Source: Squalus acanthias
Taxonomy: Eukaryota
Direction: 5' to 3'
Assembly (NCBI GenBank): GCA_030390025.1
Contig: CM059432.1
Coordinates: forward strand, 22,446,001-22,510,000
DNA: 64,000 nucleotides
The position numbers and the translations under genes are program-made. The notes under the pieces are model-generated. The model was not told the origin of the DNA and did no database searches. It saw only the letters and a program-made list of their open reading frames with translations. Shown here in pieces: positions 1 through 14,294 of the stretch (within the stretch, counting starts at the first letter, position 1; each line of letters opens with the position of its first letter).

Positions 1-979
1 CCGGCTTCCTCTTCCTCCTCAGCTGCAGCATCACTCCCAGTGGCAGCTTCAGGGCCCGTCTCCTCAGCTGGTGAATCACCATCTGAAAGCAGGGAGGTAC
101 AAGAGTGGCTTTAGCGTGAGGACAGGGTGGCAGTAAGGGAGGAATAAGTGCAGCGAGTTAGCAAGTTGGATTGAAAGTGTCAAAGGCTGGTGTTGTGAGG
201 GACAAGTGGAAGGACAGAGGACAAAAAGGTGATGACCTTACCATTGCTGTCCAGAACGGGGTCGGCGTCTCCAGTGGCGACGGGACCGATCACCCGGCTT
301 GCCACAATCCTGTGGACGCGCTCCTCAAGATCGCTGAGGGGTTGCAGCTGAGGCCGCCCTCCACCTGTCCGTTGCTGCTGTCTCCGATTATGCGCCAGCT
401 TGGCCTGCAAGAAAAAGGACAGCATCTGAGTAAATATACAGCCATGGTCTTGCCTGATGTGCCTCCCATAGGTGAATAGCCCTTACTGAATGCAGCCATG
501 GTCTTGCCTGATGTGCCTCCCATAGGTGAATAGCCCTTACTGTATACAGCCATGGTGTTGCCTGATGTGCCTCCCATAGGTGAATAGCCCTTACTGTATG
601 CAAAGTGTGGAATGTGTGTGTGTGTTTGATGAAAGGGCCATAGGTGTTGGATGAGTGTTGTGCATTGGGGTTTTAACACCCTCTGGCCATAGAGTGAGGT
701 TGAGATGGAGGGATGGAGAGGTATTGAGAAAAAGCCACTCACCCTGACGACCCGAGTGAGGTCGTTGAACTTTTTGCGGCATTGAGTATGGGTCCTGGGC
801 ACCATGCTCCTGGAGGAGACGCTCTGAGCCACCTCCCTCCACACTCTTCTGAACTCGCGTGGCAAAGGCCTCCTGCCACTCTCAGGGAAGAGCATACATC
901 TTCTGCGCTCCACCGCGCCAACCAGAGCATCCAAGGCCTGCTCGGTGAAGCGATGAGCGCGTTCTCTCACCCTCTCCAT
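1..979 (-). CDS. Spliced Myb/SANT-like DNA-binding protein gene of a PIF/Harbinger-type transposon (exons 979-743, 404-242, 82-<1; runs off the window)
   Basis: Exon 1 encodes MERVRERAHRFTEQALDALVGAV...WREVAQSVSSRSMVPRTHTQCRKKFNDLTRVVR (Myb/SANT-like), followed by a GTGAGT donor. Exon 2 has a TTCTTGCAG acceptor, encodes AKLAHNRRQQQRTGGG... and ends in a GTAAG donor. Exon 3 has a CTTTCAG acceptor and an acidic DGDSPAEE...EEEEE stretch. The frame is kept across both introns. Confidence 0.8.
436..600. repeat. 54-bp tandem repeat x3 in intron 1 of the Myb/SANT gene
   Basis: CAGCCATGGT...CCCTTACTG units start at 439, 493 and 547. Confidence 0.9.
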
Positions 980-1659
980 GCTTGGCAGCAAAATGGATTC
1001 ACAGGTCTCTCCAGGCCGAGATTCAAGGCTGCAATGAGCAGGGTGTGGCTGGGGAGCAAGTTGGCCCCCCCCGCTTTAAGAAGTGGCCGGCGCCAGTGTG
1101 TCTGTGTTCCCTCGCTAACTGGCAGCAGCTGCGCTGAGTTAGCGCCTCACTCCTTGGCCTTTGCGCCTTAAGACAGGTGTGCAGCGCCTGATTTAGCGCT
1201 CCACTCACCTCCCGGGGCGGTAAAAGTGAAGTTTCCAGTCAGTGCCGATAATTAGCGCCAGGCGCTAATATTTGCGTCCAGACGATATTTGCGCCCCAAA
1301 TGGGGCGCGACCTAATTTTTACCCCAATATTCCCACCATATTGTTTTGCACTCGATCCTGATTATTTGAAAGACCAGCGAAAGCTAATATCAGCAAATTA
1401 CATAGGATTATATAAGATATACGGCACAGAAACAGGCCATTCGGTTCAACCAGTCCATGCCGGCGTTTATGCTCCACACGACCCTCCTCCCGTCTTTCCT
1501 CATCTAAATCTATCAGCATAATCCTCTATTCCCTTTTCCCTCATATGCTTGTCTAGCCTAATCTCAACACGCTGTGGAGTTAAAACCTGGACCTTCCTGA
1601 CCAGAACTCCTCCCCCCGGCTTGGAAGTCCCACCACAGTAAAGATTGGGGCCCCATTCT

Positions 1660-4048
1660 GGGATGAGCTAAAATTTCCTTCAGTTAAATATTGGGAAACC
1701 AAAAGCCATGGTCTTTGCCCTTCACCACAAACTCTGTACCTTGGCCACTGGTTCCATTTTTCACCCCAGCCACTGTCTCATCTTGATCCAGACTGTTCAC
1801 AACCTCGGCGTCCTATTCGACCCCGAGCTGAGCTTCCAAGCCTACATCCTCTCCAACACAAAGGCTGCCTCCTTCCAACTCCGTAACATTGCCTACTTCC
1901 ACCCCTGCATCAATCCTTTTACTACTGATACCCTCATCCATGCCTTTGTCACCTCCAGGCTCAACTAGTCCAAAGCTCTCCTAGCAAACCTGCAATCTTT
2001 CACCCTCCATAAACGTCAGCTGATCCAATACTCTGCTGCCCGCATTCTATCCCACCAAGTCCTGCTCAATGGTCACCCCTGTCCTAGCTGACCTACGTTA
2101 GCTTCCGGTCCCCCATTGTCTCCAATTTAAAGTTTGTATCCTTCTGTTTAAATCTTTCCATGACCTCATTGATCTCTATCTCCTGTAATCTTCTTCAGTC
2201 CTACAATCTGCCCAGAACTTCTTCTTAGGCAGTCCCTCGGAACCGAGGATGACTTGCTTCCACACTAAAAATGAGTTCTCAGGTGACTGATGAGTCCAAT
2301 GCGGGACCTACAGTCTCTGTCACAGGTGGGGCAGACAGTGGTTGAAGGGGTGGGTGGGTGGGGTGCTTGGGTTGACGTGCGCTCCTTCCGCTGTTTGCGC
2401 TTGGCTTCCGCTTGCTCCCGGCGAAGAGACTCGAGGTGTTTGGCGCCTTCCCGGATGCTTCTATTCCACTTTGAGCAGTCTTGGGCCAGAGATTCCCAGT
2501 GGGGATGTTGCACTTTTTCAAGGAGGCTTTGAGGGTGTCCTTGAAGCGGTTCCTCTGCCGACCTGGGGCTCTCTTGCCGTGTCGGAGCTCCAAGTAGAGC
2601 GTTTGTTTTGGGAGTCTCGTATCGGGCATGCGGACGATGTGGCCCGTCCATCGGAGCTGATCGAGCGTGGTCAAAGCTTCGATGCTGGGGATGTTGGCCT
2701 GAGCGAGAACACTGACGTTGGTGTGCTTATCCTGCCAATGGATTTGCAGGATCTTGCGGAGGCAGCATTGGTGGTACCTCTCCAGTGCTTTGAGGTGCCT
2801 GCTGTACATGGTCCATGTCTCTGAAGCATACAGGAGGGCAGGAATCATTACTGCTATGTAGACCATGAGCTTGGTGCCGGGTTTGAGGTCCTAGTCTTCA
2901 AACACTCTCTTCCTCAGGCGACCGAAGGCTGCATTGGCAAACTGAAGGCGGTATTGGACTTCATCATCGACGTCTGTCCTTGTTGACAGTAGGCTCCTGA
3001 GGTATGGAAAGTGGTCCATGTTGTCCAAGGCCTCGTCATGGATTTTGATAATTAGGGCACAGTACTGTGTGGCGGGGGCAGGTTGGTAGAGGACCTTTGT
3101 CTTACGGATGTTTAGTGTAAGGCCCATGCTCTCGTACGCTTCGGTGAAGGTGTTGACGATGGTTTGGAGTTCGACCTCAGAGTGTGCGCAGACGCAAGCG
3201 TCATCTGCATACTGTAATTCGATGACAGAAGATGGGACGACCTTGGATCTGGACTGGAGGCGACGGAGGTTGAACAGTTTCCCGTTTGTTCTGTAAATTA
3301 GCTCCACTCCAGCGGGGAGCTTACTGAGGGTGAGATGGAGCATTGCAGCCAGGAAGATCGAGAAGAACGTTGATGCGATGACACAGCCTTGCTTGACCCC
3401 AGTCCGTACGTGAATTGGGTCTGTAGCGGATCCGTTGGTCAGGATCATGGTTTGCATGTCGTCGTGAAGCAGGCGGAGGATGATGACAATCTTTTGAGGG
3501 CAGCCGAATTTGCGGAGGACACTCCATAATCCCTCACGGTTGACAGTGTTGAAGGCCTTTGTGAGGTCAAAGAAGGCCATGTACAGCGGATGGTGCTGTT
3601 CCCTGCATTTCTCTTGTATTTGACGCGCAGTGAAGATCATGTCCATTGTGCCCCTTAGTGGGCAGAATCTGCATTGCAACTCTGGGAAGAGCTCTTCAGG
3701 CACTGGGAGAAGGTGATTGAGGAGGATTCTTGCTATGACTTTCCCTGTGGCAGCACTCTGTTCCTCTAACTCTTACCTCATGCATTACCCTCGCTTCACA
3801 CCAGTATTGGCATCCATACCTGCAGTTATCTATGGCCTATGCTCTTAGAAGTACCTTCATAAACCTTTCAACATCTCCACCTCCCTCTCCACCTTTAAAA
3901 CCCTCCTTAATCCCCAGCTCTTTTGATCACCCCTCTTAATATCTTCTTCTTTGGCTCGGAATCCACTTTTGACTGGGTATGCTTCAGTGAAGCACCTTGG
4001 TATGTTTATCTACGTTAAAGGTACTATATAAATGCAAGTTGCTGTTGT
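1660..4048 (+). mobile_element. Degenerate L2-type LINE 3' part, split by an RTE insertion
   Basis: ORF 1708-1968 has NLGVLFDPELSF...LIHAFVTSRLN (L2 RT C-terminus). The element resumes at about 3754 and ends with an ATAAATGCAAGTTGCTGTTG tail. Confidence 0.75.
2219..3752 (-). mobile_element. 5'-truncated RTE-clade LINE
   Basis: RT motifs FFDLTKAF, GVKQGC and LQYADD; C-terminal CPTC...HLRTH zinc finger; short (GAA)n tail; frameshifted. Confidence 0.9.
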
Positions 4049-5039
4049 ATAAGTCACTCTTGCAACACACAGATACACCTGTCTGAATACAGTGCCAGTT
4101 AAATTCAGGATGGAAAGGGTTAAGGCACAATTATCGGATTTAATGTCACTTGGAGTAAGGCATTCCATGATGAAGTGAAAATGTAACTTATCAGAATGAC
4201 ACTCAGTTTTAACATAAGATTTTAAGATTGATTTTTGGTGTCATGCTCAATAAAAGACATTCTATATTGTAAGACGATGAGTGATAGTTCAATATTTTAT
4301 TACTGATAATACTTTTTAAATAACCAAGGCTTCATGATACGTTATCCAATGTAAGGGATACCGGAAAAAGGATAATAAACTTTTGGATATGAAAGCAATA
4401 TGAAAAAAGTAATATTTTGGATTGGTTATTTATATATAGAATGGAATGTATTTATGTGCCATATGTAATATTTTGAATGAACTGATAAGTGATGTGTGAA
4501 TGCAGTTGTGAGCATGTCATGAGGCATCAAAATTAGCCATTGCTCTTCACTCCTGGAGAGCTGATTATGAACCCAAATCAGATCAAATGAATCTGACTGA
4601 AAACAGTCGAAGGGGAAATAAAACTGAGTCTGTTTTTAATACTTGGCTATTAATGTAAAATCAAATACAATATGTAGGATTAGAACCAACTTCCTCCATG
4701 CCTTTAAGTATGGTGCTGGTGGTAATGTGAGCATCCTCTGAATTATCAACTTATCGGATTTAATCCACAATGAGGACTTGGGAAAATGAAGAATATTGAT
4801 AGCTCTGGGTTGACTATCTATCATAATGTTAGTCAATTCAGAGTAATTTTCACCAGAGCTCCAACAGGGCTATTGTGAGAAAGTAGTAGTCAGCATACAG
4901 CCAAAGGCAGTATATGTTAGCGGTATAAGGTCAGCTGATTTTTGACTGTTCAGAAGGCTTGGCTCTGTATAAACAATTTTCTTATGCTGTAAGTATAGGA
5001 ACAACAAAAACCTCATAAATCTATTTTGAGCTAAGCTGT

Positions 5040-7382
5040 AAGAACATAAAAACATAAGAAGTAAGAGCAGGAGTAGGCCATTCGGCCCCTCGAGCCTGCT
5101 CCGCCATTCAAGAAGATCATGGCTGATCATCGACCTCAACTCCACTTTCCCGCCCTGATCGCCATATCCCTTGATACCGCTAGAGTCCAAAAATCTATCT
5201 ATCTCAGCCTTGAATATACTCAAAGACTCAGCATCACAGCCCTCTGGGGCAGTGAATTCCAAAGATTCACAACCCTCTGAGTGAAGAAATTCCTCCTCAT
5301 CTCAATCTTAAATGGCCTACCCCTTATCCTGAGACTATGCCCCCTAGTTCTAGACACTCCAGCCAGGGGAAACAACCTCTCAGCATCTACCCTGTCAATC
5401 CCCCTCAGAATCTTGTATGTTTCAATAAGATCACCTCTCATTCTTCTAAACTCCAGAGAGTATCGGCCCATTCTACACAATCTCTCATCATAGGACAGCC
5501 CTCTCATCCCAGGAATCAATCTAGTGAACCTTCATTGCACCACCTCCAAGGCAAGTATACCATTCCTTAGATAAGGAGACCAAAACTGTGGACAGTACTC
5601 CAGGTATGGTCTCACCAAGGCCCTGTACAATTGTAGCAAGACTTCCTTACTCTTATACTCCAACCCCCTTGCAATAAAGGCCAACATGCCATTTGCCTTC
5701 CTTATTGCTTGCTGTACCTGCATGCTAGCTTTCTGTGTTTCTTGCACGAGGACACCAAAATCTCTCTGAACACCAACATTTAAAAGTTTCTCACCATTTA
5801 AAAAATATTCTGTTTTTCTATTCTTCCTACCAAAGTGAATAACCTCACATTTCCTTACATTATACTCCATCTGCCACCTTACTGCCCACTCACTTAGTCT
5901 ATCTATATCCCTTTGCAGACTCTTTGTGTTCTCCTCACAGCTTACTGTCCCACCTAGCTTTGTATCATCAGCAAACTTGGATACATTACACTCGGTCCCT
6001 TCATCCAGGTCATTAATATAGATTGTAAATAGCTGAGGCCCCAACACTGATCCTTGCGGCACTCCACTAGTTGCAGCCTGCCAACCTGGAAAAGATCCGT
6101 TTATCCCTACTCTCTGTTTTCTGTCCGTTAACCAATCCTCTATCCATGCTAATATATTACCCCCAACCCCATGAGCCCTAATCTTGTGCAATAATCTTTT
6201 TATGTGGCACCTTATTGAATGCCTTTTGGAAATCCAAATATACTACATCCACTGATTCCCCTTTATCTACCCTGCTAGTTACATCCTCAAAAAACTCTAC
6301 TAAATTTGTCAAACACAATTTCCCTTTCATAAAACCATGTTGACTCTGCCTAATCATGTTATGATTTTCTAAGTGACTTGATACCACTTCCTTAACAATG
6401 GATTCCAGCATTTTCCCGATGACCGATGTTAGGCTAACTGGCCTGTAGTTCCCTGTTTTTTCTCTCCCTCCTTTCTTGAATAGCAGTGTTACATTTGCAA
6501 CCTTCCAATCTGCTGGAACCATTCCAGAATCTAGGGAATTTTGGAAGATCAAACCCAATGCATCCACTATCTCTGCAGCCACCTCTTTTAGAACCCTAGG
6601 ATGTAGGCTGTCAGGTCCAGGGGATTTGTTGGCTTTTATTCCCATTAGTTTCTCTAGTACTTTTTCTTTACTTTTATTAGTTATGTCAAGTTCCTCACCC
6701 TTATTAGACCTTTGGTTCCCCACCATTTTTGGTATGCTTTTTGTGTCTTCTACTGTGAAGACAGATACAAAATATTTGTTTAACATTTCTGCCATTTCCT
6801 TATTCTCCATAATAATTTCTCCTGTCTCAGCCTCTAAGGGACCAATGTTTACTTTTGCTACTCCTTTTCTTTTTACATACTTGTAGAAACTGTTACAATC
6901 TGCTTTTATATTTCTTGCTAGTTTTCTCTCATATTCTATTTTTTCCCTTGTTATCAATTTTTTGGTCAACCATTGCTGGTTTCTGAAACTCTCCCAATCC
7001 TCAGGCTTACTATTATTCTTTGCAACATTATAAGCTTCTTCTTTCAATCTAATGCTATCCTTAACTTTTTTAGTTAGCCAAGGTTGGATCACTTTTCACG
7101 TGGAATTTTTGTTTCTCAATGGAATGCATTTTTGTTGAAAATTATTAAATATTTCTTTAAATGCTAGCCTCTGCATACCTTTTAATCTATTTTCCCAATC
7201 TACCTTAGCCAACTCGCCCCTCATATCTATGTAATTGGCTTTATTTAAGTTTAAGACTCTAGTTTCGGACTTAGGCAAGTCACTCTCAAAATTAATGTAA
7301 AATTCTATCATATTATGATCACTCTGCCCCAGAGTATCCTTTACTATGAGATTGCTAATTAACCCTGTCTCATTACACAATA
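5040..7382 (-). mobile_element. 5'-truncated CR1 LINE (ORF2 remnants and 3' UTR)
   Basis: SDHN, NYRPVSLTS, YLDFQKAF, GVPQGSVLGP and KFADD motifs; CR1 3' UTR with a microsatellite-like tail near 5040-5060. Confidence 0.95.
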
Positions 7383-7919
7383 CATGCCACTCCCTCTATC
7401 TTTTGTTTAGATCACTAGATTTTCATTGGTTCACTGGGTTCCTGTCATCCCAAGGAGTCATTCAATTCTCTTTTTTCTCTTCCATCCGATGTAAGTTTAC
7501 CTTTGTCCTCAGACCAATCCTGCTTTGCCTTGGTGACCTTGGGCTTCCTTATCAACAGGAAGGTGGTAGAAGCTGTGATTGTCTTTGATGAACCACTCCT
7601 GCTCCTCCTGCCTCCACGGGAATGCTTTTTTAAAAAAAAACGAACTTACCTTTGGTTAGTGGCTGTTGGCGCCACTGAAGAATCCTGAGTGGGGCAGGCA
7701 TCACTGACTAATTTCTGGATGGGATCCTTCAACAAGCGTTAGGCCCCTAATTTACATAGTTAAGGGTCCTAATGCCTGTTTTAGGCATCCAACCAGGACA
7801 CCTAAAACAAATCCCACGAATTTAGTAGTGCAACCAACACCTGCGCAGATTGGGCGCAAGCTGTCTCACTGCTAAATTGATATACTTTGTGCCTGTTTTA
7901 TGCGCGAAAAGGCAATTGG

Positions 7920-8480
7920 CTATGTACTTGAAGAGGACTTATTTGCAGGGTTATGGGGAAAAACCTGGGGTGTGGAACTAAATTGGACAGGTCTTTCAAA
8001 GAGCCGGCACAGGCATAATGGGCCGAATGGCCTCCTTCTGTGCTGTAAGATTCTATGATTCTATGATTCCAGTACTGGGCTTGTATTCCCTTGAATATAG
8101 AAGATTAAGGGTTAATCTAATTGAGGTGTTTAAGATGATTAAAGGATTTGATAGGGTAGATAGAGCGAAACTATTTTCTCTGGTGGGAGAGTCCAGAACA
8201 AGGGGGCATAGCTTTAAAATTAGAACTAGGCCATTCAGGAGTGATGTCAGAAAGCACTTCTTCACACAAAGAGTAGTGGAAATCTGGAAATCTCTTTCAC
8301 AAAATGCTGTTGTTAATTGAAAATTTCAAAACTGAGATTGATAGATTTTTGTTCGGCAAGAGTATTAAGAGTTACAAAACTAAGGCGGGCAGATAGAGTT
8401 AAGATACAGATCAACCAGGATCTAATTGAATGGCGCAAAAGGTTTGCGGGGCTGAGTGGCCTCTTCCTGTTCCTATGTTC
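7920..8480 (+). mobile_element. Two adjacent CR1 3' fragments
   Basis: (ATTCTATG)n tail near 8050-8068; GLYSLEYRRLR...FFTQRVV translation; CR1 3' UTR. Confidence 0.8.
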
Positions 8481-8725
8481 CACTTTCTACCCCTTTAAGT
8501 GTAAATGTTAAAATTCCACAATATGCATTTGCTTTTCTGTTTCAATTAGCTTTTGTTTTCACAGAGGTATTATAATTTTTTATAGCGGGGGCTTTAGGTA
8601 ATAGGTAGACCTCTGCCACACACTATGCTTTGGTATTTACCACAAACCTTTGCCAAATTTAGATGCAATGTCAGACACAATGGGTTATAAATTTGTCTTG
8701 GTAACACAAAACGGGTATAGTGAAT

Positions 8726-8995
8726 CACATAGGATTACATACGATATACGGCACAGAAACAGGCCAGTCGGCCCAACCAGTCCATGCCGGCATTTATGCT
8801 CCACTCGAGCCTCCTCCCGTCTTTCCTCATCTAAATCTATCAGCGTAACCCTCTATTCCCTTCTCTCTCATATGCTTGTCTAGCCTCCCCTTAAATGCAT
8901 CTATACTATTTGCTTCAACCACTCCCTGTGGTAGCGAGTTCCACATTATCACCACTCTTTGGGTAAAGAAGTTTCTTCTGAATTCCCTATTGGAT
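8726..8995 (-). mobile_element. CR1 3' fragment (same subfamily as about 1400-1560 and 17555-17725)
   Basis: FRRNFFTQRVV...WNSLP translation and a 3' UTR shared with the other copies. Confidence 0.8.
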
Positions 8996-10939
8996 CGGCA
9001 GACTTCAATGGTAAAGGAAATAAGGTGGGGTGGCAAAACGGGCTGCCGATTGGCTATCTATTGCTCATTATGTGCTCCTGCCCGAGATGAACTTATACCC
9101 CAATTGTAGTACCAACAAAAGCAGTGCATTTAAATTCATGGGCAGCAGCTTGACCCCTTGATGTGCAGTACTGACCACATACTCTGCTGCCAACCATTGA
9201 CACACATCATTGTTGTACATAGCCTTAAATTTACATCCTTTCTGGTCTGACTTGTTGGGTTCTAATTTGGTTTCCAGCATCAGTAGCAGGTGCATCAGTG
9301 CTTGTTACCTTTTCAGCAGGTAGCTGATCCACAGTACATCCCATAATCGTACAGTATTTATATATGACTACCTATGGCTTAACTTAGTATTAACACGTAC
9401 TTTTAATCTGACTTCCAGTTACACTATATGGATATAACCCTCACTTCAATGACACATGGACATCACTATCTGGGTATTGGCCTTGGACTTGGTAAGAAAC
9501 ATGGCTGAAACATTTTCCACACAACATTCACACATAGCTATGTATGAAATAGCACTACCTTGTCAGCAGGGAAAGAGCCCCTAACTCTTCACTTTAAGCA
9601 ATGCACATCGCATGACTTAAAGTGACTCTGCATATGCTTGCACATAGCTACTCATATTTTTTGGGTTGAGACTAAGCCTAAGAGACTCTCTGGAACTGTG
9701 CTTCTTGATTGGTATATTCAGGGAAAATAAAACTGGTAGTGTTTGTTTTCTCCCTGAAGGCCCAGCATAAAGACAGACTACACCACTTTATGTCGCATCT
9801 GCGAGTTATAATTCCCAAAAGAGCCATCTTCAAAAGTTCCAGAATTAAAGGGGACCAACACTATGGTAACCATTTCTGAGAGTGGCCAAGACAATTTGGA
9901 AATAATTGAGTTCCTTCTATTAACAGTTTTGAATGGGAAGCTACTCCCCTTTGTCTTTAATTATCTGAACAGCAGGAATCTCTCTGGAAGCAGACAGTTG
10001 AGCAGGTATCTACGTCAAGTCTAATAGGGCAGGAGGGGGGATTAAATTTCCCTTATATTACTCTCATATACTGGCATACCATGAGGTAGTGCTCCCAATT
10101 TACATTAAGCATCACATTTGATAGCTTATGTACTTCTAAAACGACCCTTCTCAATTGTCTCCTTTCAAGACTGAAGTGTCTCCTGCTGTTTGTCATAATG
10201 CAGTCCGCTGACACTAGGGATTACCTTCACGACTCTTCTCTATACTCATTCAATATATGAACATTTATTCTGCAAATTTTTGGAAAAGGAATTTTGAAAA
10301 TCAGGTAAGCGTATAAGTGTACAAACCGTTATATATTATCCCAACTGAGATAACGTTAATCAATCCGGTAAACAAAGAGCTAGCTGGCACTTTCACTGTT
10401 TCATTGCTTGACCTTGGTCCTGTCTTGCACCATCAACAAACTGAAAACAGAGAATGGTTCATCACTAGAAATAGGTCAACCTTAACATTACTGCGCACAA
10501 AAATCAATGCATCCTTCAGCAAACACGACCAATTGCAGAAAGCATGCAAAAAAATTATTGCTAGCTGTCTTAAAATTCATGCTTAAAAACAAATATGAAC
10601 TTTAATGAAAGTATAACAGATTTTTTTTCCTAATTCATAACTTAATGCCGTTTCATGACAACAGTCAATCATTCTGACTTGTCAAAATAAATAAAGACAA
10701 ATGATATAAACCTGCCACTCTGAAAAGTTCAATGGAGAAATTAGTAGAAAGTAGATCCAATGACAAATATAACTTGGCTTTATCTTCAATACTCAGAAGT
10801 TAACGGTGATTAAATAAATTCTTTATTATGTCGCTTACAGGTAAATAGGTTAATTATTTCGGGAGATCTGACTGTTTCATCGATGAGGAGGAAAAAGAGC
10901 CCGTGCATCATTTCATCACATTTACATCGCGGTTTACGC

Positions 10940-11300
10940 CCCACTCCAGGACGTGAGCACATAATCTGGCCTAGCATTCCACTGCAGCTCTGAGGGAGTT
11001 CTGCATTGTCAGAGGCGTTGTCCTTTGGAAGAGATGTTAAATCAAAGGCCTGTTTGTTTATTCCAGTGGTTTATGTGGACATTAGAGAACCCACAGCCTT
11101 ATTTGAAGAGCAGGGAGTTCACCCAGAGTCCTGGCCAACATTTCTTTCCTCAACCAACACCACCAAAAACAGATTAACTGGTTCATTCATCTTATTGCCG
11201 TTTGGAGCAGTTGCTTTGTGCAAAATGGTTGCCATGATCGTCTACATAACCACAGCACTGTACTTCAAATGAATTTGATGCATGTAAAGCACTTTGAGAC
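10940..11300 (+). mobile_element. Degenerate Deu-domain SINE
   Basis: GTGGACATTAGAGAACCC...GAAGAGCAGGGAG...CCTCAACCAAC core, matching the better-preserved copies at 15900 and 51480. Confidence 0.65.
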
Positions 11301-12709
11301 AGTTCAGAGAGTGCAGGCTTTTTTCCCCTCTATCCACAAGTAATCTAATGACATTTGCCACGTGTGTCTTTAATAGACACAGAAAAGCTTTGTCTGATAC
11401 TTTATCATGGAGATGTTACTTAAATAGCCCTGCCTGTGCTTTTGAAATAATCTTATGGTGCATGAAGTTAAGCCACTCACCCAATGTCGTATATTTTGAG
11501 TGAGACCCATCAACATATATTTTGCTCTCTGACTCTAAAAAGAAACACAGTTCTATTCATTTCAGTAGGTTTGCAAATTCTCTCACTGTTTGTCTCATTG
11601 CATTGGAGGGTTGGTAACCTTGGACTATATGCCCCCTTGGCTGGAATTAAACCCAGGTCAGCTTGCCTGAAATCTGCTCCATTCATATGATGGGGGGAGG
11701 GAGGGGTCATCAAACATTGACAAGTCAGTGGAACATAAGTCCTTCAGCTAAGTCATGATTTTCAGAGGAAAATGATTACATTCAATCAGATCGACAGTGA
11801 TGAAGCAATTGGCCAAAGCAATAGATTTTTGTTAGGAAAGGGTATCAAGGGATATGGAGCTAAGGCGGGTAAATGAAGTTGAGGTACAGATCAGCCATGA
11901 TCTAATTGAATGACGATGCAGGCTTGAGGGGCCGAATGACCGACTCTTGTTCCTATGACAAATATTTCAAAAATGATATGTTATTCTGAGCAATGTATAG
12001 TAATAGATATATTAGCACAAAAAATAATACATATGTTACAAGCTAAAGGGCGTATATATTAATAAGGTGAGTCAAGAAAAGGTTAACCAAATGCTACTGT
12101 CATAGAATACAATGGTAGTTTCTTTTTGTTCTCTGGTTGTGGGCAACACTGATATGGTTGCATTTTATTGCCGAGCAAGCCTTCAAATGAGATTGCGTTA
12201 GTGGGCTTTTTACTTCATAGCAATTGTACAACCGAGTGGCTTGATAGGATATTTCAAAGGGTGTTAAGGGTCAACCGCCCAGTGTGGAACTGGAGGTCAT
12301 ACTAGGGTGGTGAGTTCTCTTTCATGAAGGACATTAGTGAACCTGTTGGGTATTTACAACAATCTGATCATTTTTCTGGTGCAATTTTACAACTTTCATG
12401 TTGGGAATTGAACTCACAAACACTCCAGGTTGTTAATCCAGTACCATAACCACTACACCACTGTAGCAAAAGCAAATGATAAAAAAGCTGGATCGATATC
12501 TAATTTGGATTTCACATGAAGGCTATAAGGAAAAGTATCCAAACAACATAGGAACATGGGAATAGGAGGCCATTCAGCCCCTCGAGTCTGTTCGGAAATA
12601 TTGGCCAGGACACCGGGGAGGACTCCCCTACTCTTCTTCGAAATAGTACCACGGGATCTTTTATGTCTACCTGAGAGGCAGAGGTGACCTCGGTTTAATG
12701 CCTCGACAC

Positions 12710-13215
12710 CAACAACAACAACAACAACTTGAATTTATATAGTGCCTTCAACGTAGTAAAACATGCCAAGGCACTTCACAGGAGCGTTATCAAACAAAAT
12801 TTGACAACGAGCTACATAAGGAGATATTAGCGCAGATGACCAAAAGCTTGGTCAAAGAGGTAGGTTTTAAAGAGTGTCATAAAGGAGGAAAGAGAGGTAG
12901 AGAGGCGGAGAGATTTAGGATGGGAATTCCAGAACTTAGGGCCTTGGCAGCTGAAGGCACGGCCGCCAATGGTGGAGCGATTCAAACCAGGGATGCTCAG
13001 GAAGCCAGAATTGGAGGAGCGCAGATATCTCGGGGGGTTGTAGGGCTGGAGGAGATTACAGAAATAGGGAGGGGCGAGGGCATGGAGGGATTTGAAAACA
13101 AGGATGAGAATTTTGAAATCGAGGCGTTGCTTAACCGGAAGCCAATGTAGGTCAGCGAGCACAGGGATGATGGGTGAATGGGACTTGGTGCAAGTTAGGA
13201 CACGGGTTTTGGATG
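12710..13215 (-). mobile_element. L2-type LINE 3' end
   Basis: SPIIPVLADLHWLPVKQRLDFKIL...GGRAFS...FKTYLF; (TTG)n tail. Confidence 0.85.
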
Positions 13216-14294
13216 GCCTCAAGTTTACGGAGGATAGAACGCTCATCCAAAAGACGGAGAAAAAGGACAGCACCTCTAACAGTACACCACTCCCACAGCT
13301 TAGATTATGTGCTGAAGTCTCTGGCGTGGGACTTGAACCCACAACCTTCTCATTCAGAGAGTACTACCACTGAGCCAAGTATAGTTAAAAATAGCCAACT
13401 AAGCTGTGGATCACGATGGTTGCTGAGCTCCTGGGACAATGGGAATGTTGTATTATGGGGAGCAATTGGTCAAGAATGAATAATGTACTAAGTAAACTTA
13501 GAGTGTTGTTCAGTTTATCTTGGGAGTTTTGGAGAATCTTAATAGAACCTTTCTCGCAGGAAATCCATGAGATAGATTTTCAGCTTGCTGCCCAGCAGTA
13601 AAACTGGCACTGTGGATCAGTTGTCCAATATAGAAATCATCAATTTTCACTTCCATTGACTTCAATGGAAATGTAAATCAGGCAGTTTCTATAACAGGAG
13701 GCCCATCTGCAACACCAGTTTTAAACTCAGACAGCAAGTTAAATGCTAGTTTGGATTCGAGCTCATACATGGTTCCTTCTTTCAATCAATATGGGTGGAC
13801 ATTCCAATTCTTCGCTTGCCAGCACACAATTTTTTACCCATTCACTTTAATGGGAGCGAGAATCACAGGCTGACGAGTACGAGATCGGAATTTCTACTTC
13901 TGATTTTTGCTGCTTTCCAGTAAAAAGTTTTGATTTGCAGCACAGGCTAGGTAAAGGATATTCAAAAGCAAGCTATTGTTCCCAGAATTTATCCCAAAGG
14001 TAAGGTGACCAAATACTCATGGATGCTGCAGACAAAATCTTAAGCCTCTGACCGTCAAGTGTTGTTTCAAAGATGCTATTAACAGAATTATCGCTACATC
14101 CATTTTATTTAAAACGTGGCTATCCTAAATATGGAGGCGATTTTAGTGTCTCCCATGTTTCTCTGACAGCCAGGTTTCATCTCTCTCCAACTGATTGACC
14201 TCTCGTATTGATTCGTTCTTAAGTATCCAATGCTCTGCTTAGCTCTATTATGGCCTCGTCCGTTAAAAACATTGACATATCTGTTCATGCTATA

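Larger units (their letters stand above)
1..1325. mobile_element. End of a PIF/Harbinger-type DNA transposon (terminus ...AATTTTTACCCC at 1325)
   Basis: Carries the Myb/SANT gene; 1001-1325 is closely similar to the right end of the TIR-bounded element at 59269-59604. Confidence 0.7.

Noticed and set aside
290..742. C-terminal repeat part of the 233-aa ORF (YSKGYSPMGGTSG x3)
   Set aside because: It reads through the GTGAGT donor into an intron containing a 54-bp minisatellite and is not part of the spliced protein.
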